64,000 nt of DNA from Candidatus Poribacteria bacterium (GTDB lineage Bacteria > Poribacteria > WGA-4E > JAJDTR01): NCBI GenBank assembly GCA_965222225.1, contig CBDCTK010000002.1:992001-1056000 (forward strand). The letters run 5' to 3'. Below, one piece after another: positions 8,736 to 19,383 of this stretch. Each line of letters opens with the position of its first letter. The stretch's first letter is position 1. A model generated the notes under the pieces. It was not told the origin of the DNA and ran no database searches. It worked only from the letters and a program-made list of their open reading frames with translations. The translations under genes and the position numbers were made by a program.

Positions 8736-10073
8736 ATGAACTTCATAAAGAAACTCCCGCAAGTCCGACTCTTGGTGACAGACGCCGACGGTGTACTAAC
8801 AAATGGCCAACTCTACTACTCGGATAGAGGAGACGAGATAAAAGCATTCAATGTCCAGGACGGAGAAGGACTTAAGCAGATTAAACAACATGGTATTAGA
8901 ACCGCTATAATTTCGGGAAGAAGCAGCGAATCACTCCGAAGGCGAGCCCAAGAATTGGCTATAGATGACGTTCATATGGGTGTGAACGACAAACCCGCGG
9001 TATTAAAAGAGATTCTTGAAACCCATGTAATATCGGCAGAAGAAACATTATACATCGGTGATGATGTAGGAGATCTTGGTGCCCTCTTGTCTGTTGGACT
9101 CCGCGTTGCCGTCGCCGATGCACACGACCAAGTCAAGCGTTGCGCTGATTATGTAACGGCAAAACCCGGTGGCGCTGGGGCAGTTAGGGAAATATGCGAT
9201 TTGATTATATCAGAAAAGGAAGCACCGTCCGAAGGGACAAATGTGATGGGAAAAATCGTTCATGTCAGGGACATTAAGATAGGAGGCGGACTCCCGCTGG
9301 TGCTTTTTGCCGGACCTTGTGTCATCGAAAGTCGCGACCACGCACTTCAAATGGCAGAAGCGATTAAAAAGATTTCTGCGCAAACCGGCGTGCGTTTTGT
9401 ATTTAAGTCCTCTTATGACAAGGCGAATCGTTCTTCAATTGATTCCTACCGTGGGCCCGGGTGTGAGCAGGGCCTTCGGACTTTAGAAGAGGTCCAAAGA
9501 GAAGTCGGCGTACCGGTGTTGTCGGATGTCCATTGCGTCAACGAAGTTGACCTTGTGGCATCAATCCTTGACGTTCTGCAGATTCCTGCGTTTCTATGTC
9601 GGCAAACTGACTTACTGGTTTCGGCTGGAAAAACCGGAAAACCGGTAAAAGTCAAGAAAGGACAATTCATGGCGCCTTGGGACATGACGAACGTCATCGA
9701 GAAGATAGTGTCTACAGGGAACGAGCAAATCCTGCTGACCGAGCGAGGAAGTTCGTTCGGCTATAATAATCTGGTGGTAGACATGACATCCCTCCCGATT
9801 ATGAAGGAGACAGGTTTTCCTGTGGTCTTTGACGCTACCCACAGTGTTCAGCAACCCGGGGGGTTAGGAAAAAATTCGGGGGGACGGAGGGAATTTGTAG
9901 GGCATCTCGCAAGAGCGGCGGCGGCGACGGGAATTGATGCGTTGTTCATGGAGGTACACAATCGTCCTGATGAAGCGTTGTGCGACGGTCCGAACATGGT
10001 TAACCTAGAACAATTGGAATTGATACTTGGAACTGTCGTTCAGATAGATAGAGTTGTAAAAAACAACGTATGA
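8736..10073 (+). CDS. kdsA: Fused KDO 8-phosphate phosphatase (KdsC) and KDO 8-phosphate synthase (KdsA)
   Basis: N-terminal HAD domain ([27 protein letters not shown]) followed by KdsA ([47 protein letters not shown]) in one frame. Confidence 0.93.
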   Translation: MNFIKKLPQVRLLVTDADGVLTNGQLYYSDRGDEIKAFNVQDGEGLKQIKQHGIRTAIISGRSSESLRRRAQELAIDDVHMGVNDKPAVLKEILETHVISAEETLYIGDDVGDLGALLSVGLRVAVADAHDQVKRCADYVTAKPGGAGAVREICDLIISEKEAPSEGTNVMGKIVHVRDIKIGGGLPLVLFAGPCVIESRDHALQMAEAIKKISAQTGVRFVFKSSYDKANRSSIDSYRGPGCEQGLRTLEEVQREVGVPVLSDVHCVNEVDLVASILDVLQIPAFLCRQTDLLVSAGKTGKPVKVKKGQFMAPWDMTNVIEKIVSTGNEQILLTERGSSFGYNNLVVDMTSLPIMKETGFPVVFDATHSVQQPGGLGKNSGGRREFVGHLARAAAATGIDALFMEVHNRPDEALCDGPNMVNLEQLELILGTVVQIDRVVKNNV

Positions 10074-10341
10074 TCTCAAGGTTACGCTAATCCCAATCAA
10101 GGGAATAAGCTATTGGACGGTGGACAGTTACCGTTCTACAAAAGTAACCTCCGAATCCTCATTGTCAGTTTAGTTTTAATCCTATCTCAATCTTACCAGA
10201 GACCTAGCCGCTGTCGGTGAAGAATCCCCCCGCAAACTTCGAGAAAAGAACCTCCTCTCTTCTGTTAGCAGCGTGGGCTCCAACACCGGACGCCCTTCCG
10301 ATCAAGCCCTTCTCTCGCTGATGAAGTTGAACCCAAAGTGT

Positions 10342-10824
10342 TTAAACTCGAATTACCCAAGAAAGGGCTTGCTCAGAACACCGTGTTGCTCCGCCCATAG
10401 GTTCGAGAAATTCCGTTAGACAGTAGCATGCCTTTATCCCAACTCGTGGCAGACAGGCGTGGCGAAGATCGTTTGAGATGCCGATGTCACGGTGCCACTC
10501 CTTCGCAGGGATTGATTCGTGCGGCTTTTTGTAAATGAGCGTCGCTGTATGAAGATGTATGTTGCTACTCAGAAGCTGCACAATAAGCGGTACAACGCGT
10601 GAATTGGAAATTAACGGGTCGAAAGCGGCCTCGCGGACAACGCCTTCACGCCGATACGCATAGACGTTATCTGGATGTGGATCGTCCGTGGTTGCTTTCA
10701 TCAATCGATCCGAGGCATCAATCAAGCGTTCGATAATCTTCAAATAAATTGCCTGTGGGATAACCAAGAAACCATCTGCTTCAAAGTCACGACACTGCTT
10801 ATCAGTCAGTCGGACGAAATCAAT
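10342..10824 (-). pseudogene. PhyH-family dioxygenase remnant
   Basis: LTDKQCRDFEADGFLVIPQA and WHRDIG motifs; start appears lost (ATT) and the distal-His half is missing. Confidence 0.7.
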
Positions 10825-11140
10825 TAGTTGAAGCCTTTCCTTTATGAGTCGTTTTCACAGTTGATTTACGGTAAAACCGAAATTATCAGGTCACAGGAAT
10901 TTACGCGGTTATCATGGGCTCTTATGGCACTAGGAGGTAATCAGCAACTCCTTCGATTCGATTGTTCGAAAGTTTTTGAAATGCCATTCAGTCTGCGAAC
11001 GCGATGTTGGAGGTTTACACGTCCTTCGGAAGAAGGCTAAAATGCACCTTACCGGCTGTCTGCTCATGTGTTCTCGTCTATAATGCAGTTAGCCATTCAA
11101 TTTAGCCGGCTACATTTCTTCACGCCATGAACCGTTCTCC

Positions 11141-12541
11141 TCACACTTTTAGTCCGAGAATGCGATCTACTGTATTAAGCGCCTCCCTTACGCAATCCGG
11201 GATACCCGAACCGCGGTATGCGCTACCGGTAAGAAACAGACCCGGGATTGTGTCGGCGAGTGCCTCTATCCTAGCGACGCGATCTAGATGCCCAACATCG
11301 TATTGCGGACGACCTCGCGGCCAACGATGGATTCGCTGAAGAATCGGATCGGCAGTAATTCCCATAATATCACCGATTTCACGACGTACTACCTGTATTA
11401 ACTCACTATCATCTAAGGATATTATGTCCTCTTGGCCAGGTCCCCCAACAAAAACCCGTATCAACACGCTATCGTCTGGTGCACGGTGCTGTAACTTAGA
11501 AGATGACCACGTACATCCTGAAATAGATCGACCTTCTGATCTCGGAACTAGGAATCCGAACCCGTTCAGCTCATGTTGGTTTGCGACCTCCGCCTTTCGA
11601 TACCCCAACGACACGGTGCCTGAAGACACGTACCGAATTGTTCCAAGAATCTTTCCAAGTTGAGACGCAAACGGGGATACCAACTCGGCTGCTACATAGG
11701 CTGGCACCGCGAACACTAACACGTCAGTAAGAAACATCTCCTCCTGGCACCGCGTTACTTCAAACCTGTCACTTTGAGGTTGTACACGGGCCACAGGACT
11801 CCCTGTCCGTATGCTGCCGCTTAGATGTTTTGCCAGCGCTTCCACCATCTCGCCTAGCCCAAGTTTTAGGCTCTTGAACATTGCTGGCCGACTGCCTTTT
11901 GACGGTGGTTGTTTCCTTCCTTGCGCCCGCATTGCCCGAATCAGACTCCCGTGCTCCCGCTCCATGGTGGCAAAACGGGGAAAGGTGGTCAGAAGGCTTA
12001 ACCGCTCTGGATCAGCTTGGTGAATCGCCGCGAGCAGTGGACCCCCGATTTTATCGACTGCTTCTTGTCCGAACCGACGACGGATGAAATTTGCGAGGCT
12101 TTCGTCCTCAATTTCTTTACGTCGCGGGATAATTAAGTCCATGCCCATTCGGAGTTTTCCCCGGATGGAAAACATGGGCGATCGGACGAATGACATCAGT
12201 CGGGTGGGAAGAAGTGTAAAGTCGTTAGGAAAGGGTACGAGTTTGCCTTTTTGAAGCAGGAAGGTATGTCGTCGGTCATCGTTTGTAGAAATGAGTCGGT
12301 CTCCCAAACCGAGATCGTGGCAGAGTTGCACGCCCCACGGCTTTTGGGTCAACATCAAGTCTGGACCGCCTTCAATCACGAAATCTCGGACTCTTTCCGT
12401 GGCGATTTTACCGCCGAGATGTGGAGCGCTTTCGACGAGCGTATATTGAACCTCTTTGTTGTGTTCTCGGGATTTTTCTTGGAGATAAAATGCGGTCGCC
12501 AACCCCGAAATCCCGCCACCGATAATTGTTACATGAAGCAT
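11141..12541 (-). CDS. hemG: Protoporphyrinogen/coproporphyrinogen oxidase (HemY/HemG type)
   Basis: IIGGGISGLATA, GGKI, EGGPD, GFGFLVPR, PQYDVGH, GSGIPDCV. Confidence 0.92.
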   Translation of the reverse strand: MLHVTIIGGGISGLATAFYLQEKSREHNKEVQYTLVESAPHLGGKIATERVRDFVIEGGPDLMLTQKPWGVQLCHDLGLGDRLISTNDDRRHTFLLQKGKLVPFPNDFTLLPTRLMSFVRSPMFSIRGKLRMGMDLIIPRRKEIEDESLANFIRRRFGQEAVDKIGGPLLAAIHQADPERLSLLTTFPRFATMEREHGSLIRAMRAQGRKQPPSKGSRPAMFKSLKLGLGEMVEALAKHLSGSIRTGSPVARVQPQSDRFEVTRCQEEMFLTDVLVFAVPAYVAAELVSPFASQLGKILGTIRYVSSGTVSLGYRKAEVANQHELNGFGFLVPRSEGRSISGCTWSSSKLQHRAPDDSVLIRVFVGGPGQEDIISLDDSELIQVVRREIGDIMGITADPILQRIHRWPRGRPQYDVGHLDRVARIEALADTIPGLFLTGSAYRGSGIPDCVREALNTVDRILGLKV

Positions 12542-12676
12542 GAAAAAACCTCGTGAACACAAGCTGGCGAATCCGGGACCCCTAAACCAACCAACAAGCA
12601 AAATCTAGAGTGTGAAGTGCGATCCGTTTTAAGCGATGGGTTGTATTGTCTGACTGCTGACCGCCTCAATTGATGA

Positions 12677-13885
12677 CTATGCCTCAACTTGCCAATAGTC
12701 TGGGTCATAGGCGGGCAATTCGCAGCGCAGCGGCTTATCCTCGCGAAGCCCAAGGACGTACCCAGCCTGCATCAGTTGATGGATTTGAGAGGTGCCCTCA
12801 TAGATTGTCGCGCTCTTACTGTTTCGGAGGTGGCGTTCGACGCTGCACTCATCAGAATAACCGTATGCTCCGTGAATTTGTACGGCATCATTGGCGGTAG
12901 CATTCGCGGATTCTGTGCAGTACCATTTTGCCATACTCGTTTCGCGGGTGTTGCGAATACCACGATTTTTTAAGTACGCCACTTTGCGTACCAGCAACTC
13001 ACCCAAATCAATGCGCTGTTGCATCAAGGCAATCATTTGTTGAACGAGTTGATGTTCGGCAATAGGCTTTCCAAAGGTTTGGCGCTCACGTGCGTATCGA
13101 ACACATTCCTGCAAGCATGCTTTCATCAATCCGACCGCTCCGGCAGCGACGGTATAACGGCCGTTATCTAGCGCACTCATGGCGATCTTGAAGCCCTCCC
13201 CCTCTTCGCCCAAACGATGGCTGTCGGGTACGGCTACGTTTTCCATTTTGATCCATCCGGTATCGCTAGCCCTTACTCCCATCTTGCCCGCAATGCCCCC
13301 CGTAGTCACCCCGTCCCAGCCGCGCTCTAGAATGAACGCGGTAATTCCACGTGTACCTTGGCTAGGATCAGTCTTGGCGAAAACGAGCATACGGTCAGCG
13401 ACGTTGGCGAGGGTAATCCAGGTTTTTTTGCCTGTCAAGATATAGTAACTGCCTTCTTTGCGTGCACGGCTGCTCATCCCGGAAACATCCGATCCACATT
13501 CAGCTTCTGTTAAACCGAAACAACCGATGTTCTCACCACGGGCTAGCAAAGGCAAGAAATGCTTCTTCTGTGCCTCGGTACCCCATTGAAAAATCGGCAA
13601 GGCGTGTAAACCCAAGTGAACAGCAATTGTTTCCCGCACGGAGGAATCTGCCCATTCTAACCCTTCCGATACTACGGCAATCGCCCCGTAATCCATACCT
13701 CCGCCACCATAACGTACGGGTAAGCACATCCCTAGAAATCCCTGCGCGGCTAGCTTTTGTATTAATTCACACGGAAACTTGGCTTTTCTATCATGTTCTA
13801 CGATAATGGGCATGATTTCATCTCGCGAGAAATCATAAACCTGTTTTTGGATAATTTTATGTTTTTCCGAAAGATCGAGATCCAT
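12677..13885 (-). CDS. Acyl-CoA dehydrogenase
   Basis: [42 protein letters not shown]. Confidence 0.93.
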   Translation of the reverse strand: MDLDLSEKHKIIQKQVYDFSRDEIMPIIVEHDRKAKFPCELIQKLAAQGFLGMCLPVRYGGGGMDYGAIAVVSEGLEWADSSVRETIAVHLGLHALPIFQWGTEAQKKHFLPLLARGENIGCFGLTEAECGSDVSGMSSRARKEGSYYILTGKKTWITLANVADRMLVFAKTDPSQGTRGITAFILERGWDGVTTGGIAGKMGVRASDTGWIKMENVAVPDSHRLGEEGEGFKIAMSALDNGRYTVAAGAVGLMKACLQECVRYARERQTFGKPIAEHQLVQQMIALMQQRIDLGELLVRKVAYLKNRGIRNTRETSMAKWYCTESANATANDAVQIHGAYGYSDECSVERHLRNSKSATIYEGTSQIHQLMQAGYVLGLREDKPLRCELPAYDPDYWQVEA

Positions 13886-13957
13886 GGGTTGGCTTTGTCT
13901 GGAAAAGAAATTACCTGGCAGGCAAGAGGTTCTCAGGATAGTCCAAATAGCTTACAG

Positions 13958-15211
13958 TTACCGCTCGCTCTTAAAATGCGCCGTTGTCATCAGGTACGCC
14001 CAAAATGCCGGATCGTTATTTTCTTTGAATCTTGTTCGCATCAATTTGTCCGGCATGAAAAGTGAGGCGCCAAGCGTAAAGCAGAGAACTTTGTGATAAC
14101 GATAGAGAACGGTTATATCGACCTCTCGTCCATAGCTTCTATCGCCCATCATCCTTTTCGCGAGCATAAACTGATGTACATCTGCACTAACCGTTAGCTT
14201 ACTGTGTGGCACAACTTGGAATTTCACCATTAAATCCTGCAAACCTCTGTCCTGTGTTTGAACCGGAATATTCACGAAGTAATCCATAAACCCGTAAAAC
14301 TTGTGGGTCGTAGCGAACAGCGTGTTGAAGGCTTTGTAATTTTCATCCGTGGGTTCTCCGCCAGACAAGTAATCGTATCCGAACACAACACGAGACTTAT
14401 AGTCCACATTGAAAGTATGTCCGATTTCACCGGTTAACATAAATGCGGATACACGTTGGCGCTCTCCAGTTGAGGAATTATAACGTGTGCCGAACTGGAT
14501 GGCAGCCTCTACATCATAATCAATCGCATTGAAGTTTCCCGTGTCGTATGTGCCGATTGTGACTCGCTCGAGATCTGCGCCACGACTTTCGGTCTCTCTT
14601 CGATTCAATTCTCCCAGAATGTAGAGGTCAACACGGTAAGACTCCTTAGGTCGGTGAGAGGCGTATAATCCGCCAAAATAAAAGCCCGTGTCAGCGGGAT
14701 TTTCATAATCTGCACGTTGGACTATTTTTGTTCCGAAGATGTCCAAGGTGAACATCCCGCTGGGGGCATAGCGCAGTAACGTGCCATTAAAGGCTCGTCC
14801 CACATTATGCCAATCGACAGCACCTATCAATCGTTCCTCTGCATATGCCAGTTGCATACGTCCCATCTTGAGCGTCAGCTTCTGAGCAAAGAAATCTTCT
14901 ACTTGCAGATATGCTTGATGAAGGTCAACGTTGCGAAAGTTCGCAATTGTACCGTACTCAGCCCCGTAAACTCGCGAATCTTGCAATTGCATAAATGTTG
15001 AGATTTTCTCTGCAGGCTGAAAGGCCGCGTTGAGGCGAAACCGTAGTAGCGTACTCCGATTCGCAGGAGTATTATTATTAAAATCAGTGGCACCAAACTC
15101 CCCACGCGACCGAAATTGACCGGATAGCTTGACTCCATCCTTCGAAGATTCCACCCCTCTTGGAAAAATAATCGCAACAATAAACACTATGAACAAAATT
15201 CGAGACGTCAT
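13958..15211 (-). CDS. Alginate-export (AlgE-like) outer-membrane beta-barrel
   Basis: Signal peptide, QLQDSR, DLHQAY, GRMQLAY..ERLIG..DW.N.GR, HKFYGFMDYF. Confidence 0.8.
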   Translation of the reverse strand: MTSRILFIVFIVAIIFPRGVESSKDGVKLSGQFRSRGEFGATDFNNNTPANRSTLLRFRLNAAFQPAEKISTFMQLQDSRVYGAEYGTIANFRNVDLHQAYLQVEDFFAQKLTLKMGRMQLAYAEERLIGAVDWHNVGRAFNGTLLRYAPSGMFTLDIFGTKIVQRADYENPADTGFYFGGLYASHRPKESYRVDLYILGELNRRETESRGADLERVTIGTYDTGNFNAIDYDVEAAIQFGTRYNSSTGERQRVSAFMLTGEIGHTFNVDYKSRVVFGYDYLSGGEPTDENYKAFNTLFATTHKFYGFMDYFVNIPVQTQDRGLQDLMVKFQVVPHSKLTVSADVHQFMLAKRMMGDRSYGREVDITVLYRYHKVLCFTLGASLFMPDKLMRTRFKENNDPAFWAYLMTTAHFKSER

Positions 15212-15379
15212 ACCGATTCCTTTGAATTCAACGAGCCCCAAACCTAGACCGTCACGGACTCGCGTTTAATCAACCACAATGTAAATTCTTAAGCAAGATG
15301 ACGACTTGATCGCATCTCGGCTACAGTTGCCCTTATCCACTCCAAATTTACCGATGGCGCGGTGGTAGACGGCTGCATC

Positions 15380-15408
15380 ATTATACTTACCTGCAAAAAT
15401 GATTGCAA
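15380..15408 (-). promoter_or_regulatory. Probable sigma70 promoter for the AlgE-like gene
   Basis: TTGCAA-17 nt-TATAAT on the minus strand. Confidence 0.55.
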
Positions 15409-15608
15409 GTCATTCTAGAAGCCCGAATCGAAAAAACGTCAACAGATTGATTTAGACAAGGGAGGAGATTGGGTAACTTGGAATGACACTCAACGAATGA
15501 ATTGTGGCACGTCTCCAAGCAAAATGGGTGCCCCCAAATGAGGATTTTACAACTGATTGAGAGGCATTGGAAGGCGATTTCGCTTGTACTTCAGCCTGAG
15601 TAGAGACA

Positions 15609-16376
15609 TTAACCCGTGGGGAGATGCCATTTCGCTGCAAGCCAAAGCAGAAAGACAGATGCCATAGAATAGAAACACGTCATCCATGACCACAACGGCA
15701 AACCCGCTATGGATGCGTTCGGATACCATCCAATAATGGATAACAGGACACTCAGGGGACTCAGGGAATTCCACAAGCTTAAGAGAACACCATCAAGGGG
15801 AAGCAACCGCAATGAAATAGGAGGGAGGAAGGTAATGAGTAGAATCGTTGAGAAGCTGCGCGCCCTCGCCTGAATAGAGTTCGCCGAAAGCGCAAAACAT
15901 ATTCCAATCATTGAAAAAAGCAATATACACGCGATATACACCAATAAACAGGTGAATAATTGATTAAGAGTTAAACCGCCGCTGTAGATTGAAAACCAAA
16001 ACAGGGGTGTGACGAGCCAAATCGACCAAAGAGCTGCAATAATGGAAGCGATGAGTTTTCCAGCCAATTGCTTCCAAGCACTAAGTGGACTTAGTCTGAG
16101 AAGCTCGAAATTGGCTCTTAGATTCTCAATCTGTACCGCTTCTATTGCTTGAAGTGGTACGACAAGACACAGCAACATTATGAAAAGAGCTATTACCAGT
16201 ATTGAGTAAATTCCGTAGCCAACATTAATTTGTGCGCCTTTTTGTGCATACGCGAATAACTCGAATGCGGCAATTAACAGTATTAGGGAAAGCAAACCTA
16301 TTATGAGTAGTTGAACTCGCCTGAACTTTCGTTGATTTGCATAGTAACGCAACTCTTTCGCTATCAGTGCAATCAT
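15609..16376 (-). CDS. ABC-2 type transporter permease-like membrane protein
   Basis: LIAKELR start, ELLRLSPLSAWKQLAGKL motif, about six hydrophobic segments. Confidence 0.75.
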   Translation of the reverse strand: MIALIAKELRYYANQRKFRRVQLLIIGLLSLILLIAAFELFAYAQKGAQINVGYGIYSILVIALFIMLLCLVVPLQAIEAVQIENLRANFELLRLSPLSAWKQLAGKLIASIIAALWSIWLVTPLFWFSIYSGGLTLNQLFTCLLVYIACILLFSMIGICFALSANSIQARARSFSTILLITFLPPISLRLLPLDGVLLSLWNSLSPLSVLLSIIGWYPNASIAGLPLWSWMTCFYSMASVFLLWLAAKWHLPTG

Positions 16377-16476
16377 GTTACCGCCTACAACCGGGATTTT
16401 CTTCGGTCAACTTGGGTTGATAATATGTGTCCACTCCAATGGCGTGAAAATTTCAATCACCAATTAGCCCATGAAT

Positions 16477-17472
16477 CTACTTTGTGACTCCAACGGCTTG
16501 ACGTACCCTTTCTATAATCGGTATGGCAATGGTGCGCGCTTCCTCAGCACCCTTCACTAAAATCCGATCAATCTCATCCCGATCCGTCAGCAACTCATTG
16601 TATTTCTCGCGTGCGCTTCCAAAAGTCGAGTCAAGCAGGTCAAATAGTTCACCTTTTATCTCGCCATACGCTAGACCACCTTGAATATACCGCTGCCGTG
16701 TTGATTCAACGTCGTCCGGCGAAGCGAAATGACGATAAATTGCAAATACATTACACGATTCAGGACCCTTCGGTTCCTCTGGTCGCTTGGAATCTGTAAC
16801 GATTCGCATCACCTGTTTACGCAACTCCTTCGGAGGCGCGAAAACGGGAAGGGCATTGTTGTAGCTTGCACTCATTTTGCGCCCGTCAGTACCCGGTATT
16901 GTCATGACCTCCTCTTTGATTGATGCCTCGGGAAGCACTAAGATGTCCCCATAATTTTTGTTAAATGCCGTAGCAATGTCCCGCGCCATCTCAAGATGCT
17001 GCTTCTGATCTAATCCGACCGGAACAACATGGCTCCCGTAAAGCAAAATGTCCGCAGCCATAAGCACAGGATAGTTGAATAATCCCATATTGATTTGCTT
17101 ATCGGGATCTCGCCCAGCCTTTAGGTTTTCATCTACAACGGATTTGTATGCGTGTGCTCGATTGAGCAAGCCCTTAGCGGCGAAACAGTGTAGAATCCAT
17201 GTCAACTCAAACACTTCGATTATGTCTGACTGACGATAAAATATGACCTTATCCGGATTTAAGCCTAAAGCCATCCACGCAGCCGCAACCTCATAGGTCA
17301 GCTGAATCAACCGCTCTCGATCCTTCACCGTCGTGAGCGCATGGTAATCAGCCAAGAAATAAAGCGCTTGATGATCCCGAGCCAATTCCAGTGCAGGTTT
17401 AATCATACCAAGGTAGTTGCCGATATGTGGTGCCCCCGTGGGCTTTATTCCCGTTAAAGCGATACGATTCAT
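16477..17472 (-). CDS. trpS: Tryptophan--tRNA ligase
   Basis: TGIKPTG.PHIGNY, ADYHALT, YPVLMAADIL, VPVG.DQ.QHLE, KMSAS. Confidence 0.97.
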   Translation of the reverse strand: MNRIALTGIKPTGAPHIGNYLGMIKPALELARDHQALYFLADYHALTTVKDRERLIQLTYEVAAAWMALGLNPDKVIFYRQSDIIEVFELTWILHCFAAKGLLNRAHAYKSVVDENLKAGRDPDKQINMGLFNYPVLMAADILLYGSHVVPVGLDQKQHLEMARDIATAFNKNYGDILVLPEASIKEEVMTIPGTDGRKMSASYNNALPVFAPPKELRKQVMRIVTDSKRPEEPKGPESCNVFAIYRHFASPDDVESTRQRYIQGGLAYGEIKGELFDLLDSTFGSAREKYNELLTDRDEIDRILVKGAEEARTIAIPIIERVRQAVGVTK

Positions 17473-17532
17473 TTTGTTCTCCTTGCCGTATATTCCCAGT
17501 GTTATTCCATATACATTCGGTTCATTGGAAAC

Positions 17533-17570
17533 AAAAAAGCCGCGGGTATTAAGTTCACCTGCGGCTTTTT
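17533..17570 (-). terminator. Intrinsic terminator in the trpS leader (candidate attenuator)
   Basis: AAAAAGCCGCAGGT-loop-ACCCGCGGCTTTTTT on the minus strand, 60 nt upstream of the trpS ATG. Confidence 0.8.
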
Positions 17571-17598
17571 GAAGTTCTAGCGAGCTATAGATTCAGTC

Positions 17599-17691
17599 TC
17601 AATCCTCCAGTCGCACCTCCACCCCGCAGCCATAATGCCAAGGCCAAGTGTAAAATGGAACGCTAATAACGGTACAACTAAAGTATGACAT
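17599..17691 (-). CDS. Putative trpS leader peptide (30 aa, contains W-P-W)
   Basis: MSYFSCTVISVPFYTWPWHYGCGVEVRLED* lies between the promoter and the terminator; SD is weak. Confidence 0.5.
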   Translation of the reverse strand: MSYFSCTVISVPFYTWPWHYGCGVEVRLED

Positions 17692-17734
17692 AAGGAGCTT
17701 AAAACCTTCTGTATATGATAATATCACTATCTCC

Positions 17735-17764
17735 ATTATACTTCGTGAGGAAGCTTGATGTCAA
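17735..17764 (-). promoter_or_regulatory. sigma70 promoter of the trpS leader
   Basis: TTGACA-18 nt-TATAAT on the minus strand. Confidence 0.75.
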
Positions 17765-17862
17765 CCTATTTTATGGGACATCCTGACCAACGGCAGTTTT
17801 TGCTTTACCACAGCCAAATTATGTGCTAATATAGTTAGATAATATACGGAAAGAGGGCGAAA

Positions 17863-18666
17863 ATGCTCAGCCAAACTCAGGTTGAAGAGTTTCGTTTAAA
17901 CGGATTTTTGCTCGGAGAAAAAGTCTTAGACACCGATGAAGTTGGTGTGTTGCAAGAAGAGCTTGCGCGAGTCATTAAAGATCAGGACTCGCCTGTCGCA
18001 CAGCCTGTGAGCATAGTTAATCTCTCTCGTGAAGAAATGTCTCCTGTCTGGCAAATAGTGAATATTTGGCAGGCGAGCAATCCTTTTCGCCGATTGGTTC
18101 ACAATCCAAAAATGGTTGAAGAGATTGCACAGTTGACCGGAGCGGAAGAACTACGCATTTGGCACGATCAGATTCAGTACAAACCTGCCGAGGTAGGCGG
18201 GGTTAACTCATGGCACCAAGACTCTCCATATTGGCCAATCTTAAGCCCGAAGACAAGCCAAGTAACTGCGTGGGTTGCTTTAGACGACGTAGATGAATCA
18301 AATGGTTGCATGCGTATGGTGGCACAATCATACTTCTGGGGAAATCAAATTGAGTTTTTGCATACGGTCAAGGAGATAGATGCCATGCCTTCCAGTTTCG
18401 AAGGCAACGATATTGAGGTTAAGTTGTGTCCTGTGCGTGAAGGTCATGTCCACTATCACCACTCCTTAACTTGGCACGCTTCTCACGCAAACACGAGCAG
18501 GAATCCGCGCCGCGCGATTGGGATTCATTATATGACAAACGAAACGCGATATGATGCTAACGGCAACCATCTCATGAAGCCTTTTGTCGCCGTCCCAGAC
18601 GGGGAAAAACTGACGGGTACAGTTTTCCCTCTCGCTATGGAAAATAGGTGCCATGTCAATCTGTAG
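17863..18666 (+). CDS. Phytanoyl-CoA dioxygenase (PhyH) family protein
   Basis: WHQD, AWVALDDVDESNGCM, HHSLTWHAS..N.S..PRR. Confidence 0.93.
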   Translation: MLSQTQVEEFRLNGFLLGEKVLDTDEVGVLQEELARVIKDQDSPVAQPVSIVNLSREEMSPVWQIVNIWQASNPFRRLVHNPKMVEEIAQLTGAEELRIWHDQIQYKPAEVGGVNSWHQDSPYWPILSPKTSQVTAWVALDDVDESNGCMRMVAQSYFWGNQIEFLHTVKEIDAMPSSFEGNDIEVKLCPVREGHVHYHHSLTWHASHANTSRNPRRAIGIHYMTNETRYDANGNHLMKPFVAVPDGEKLTGTVFPLAMENRCHVNL

Positions 18667-18804
18667 TACCCGACTAAAGCAACACGAATCTATGATTAGC
18701 GTGACTTGACCAATTTTTAGCGAGTTCGATCATTGCTTTCACGTCGTGAAGTGTAATTCATGAAATAGCGAAGTAAAAAAGTCATGAATAGAGCGAGGGA
18801 ATGT

Positions 18805-19383
18805 ATGCGAAAACATTATTGGGCGATGGGTGTCATGCTGGTAGCATTATCCTGCAACTTCATGATAGGATGTGCTATCCGTCAAGGTGCTAATGAGCCG
18901 GTTGGTGCACAAGAAGAACAGGTAGCAGTGGTCAAGACGAGGCAAGGAAAATTCGTTATTGAATTCTACCCCGATTCCGCTCCGGTAGCAGTCGAAAATT
19001 TCACAAACTTGGTTAGAAAGCGGTTTTATGATGGTCTTACTTTTCATCGTAGGGAAAACACAGAGAGCTTGAGCATCATTCAAGGAGGCGATCCAAACGG
19101 AGATGGTACGGGTGGCCCCGGTTATACGATTATTGATGAGTACACCAACCCCAACCAACGTCCCCATCTCAGAGGAACAGTTGCAATGGCACGAACAGGT
19201 GCACCCAATTCCGCGGGAAGTCAGTTCTACATCTGTCTGAGACCACAACAATTTCTCGACGGGCGGTACACAACATTCGGACAAGTGATTAAAGGCATGG
19301 AGGTCGTTGACAAACTCAGAGTCGGCGACGTTATTAAGACCGTACAATTGGAGGCGAGATCAGAATATGTCAAATCTGAATAG
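18805..19383 (+). CDS. Cyclophilin-type peptidyl-prolyl isomerase, lipoprotein
   Basis: Lipobox IGC, FYDGLTFHR, IQGGDP.G.G.GGPGY, AMAR..NSAGSQFYI, TFGQV..GM.VV. Confidence 0.93.
   Translation: MRKHYWAMGVMLVALSCNFMIGCAIRQGANEPVGAQEEQVAVVKTRQGKFVIEFYPDSAPVAVENFTNLVRKRFYDGLTFHRRENTESLSIIQGGDPNGDGTGGPGYTIIDEYTNPNQRPHLRGTVAMARTGAPNSAGSQFYICLRPQQFLDGRYTTFGQVIKGMEVVDKLRVGDVIKTVQLEARSEYVKSE

Noticed and set aside
15455-15600. SD GGGAGG followed by MTLNE*IVARLQAKW..., a possible gene remnant
   Set aside because: Multiple stops and no family I can identify with confidence.
16477-17472. Indolmycin-resistant auxiliary TrpRS
   Set aside because: The His in ADYHALT, whose replacement is linked to resistance, is retained; no other evidence.
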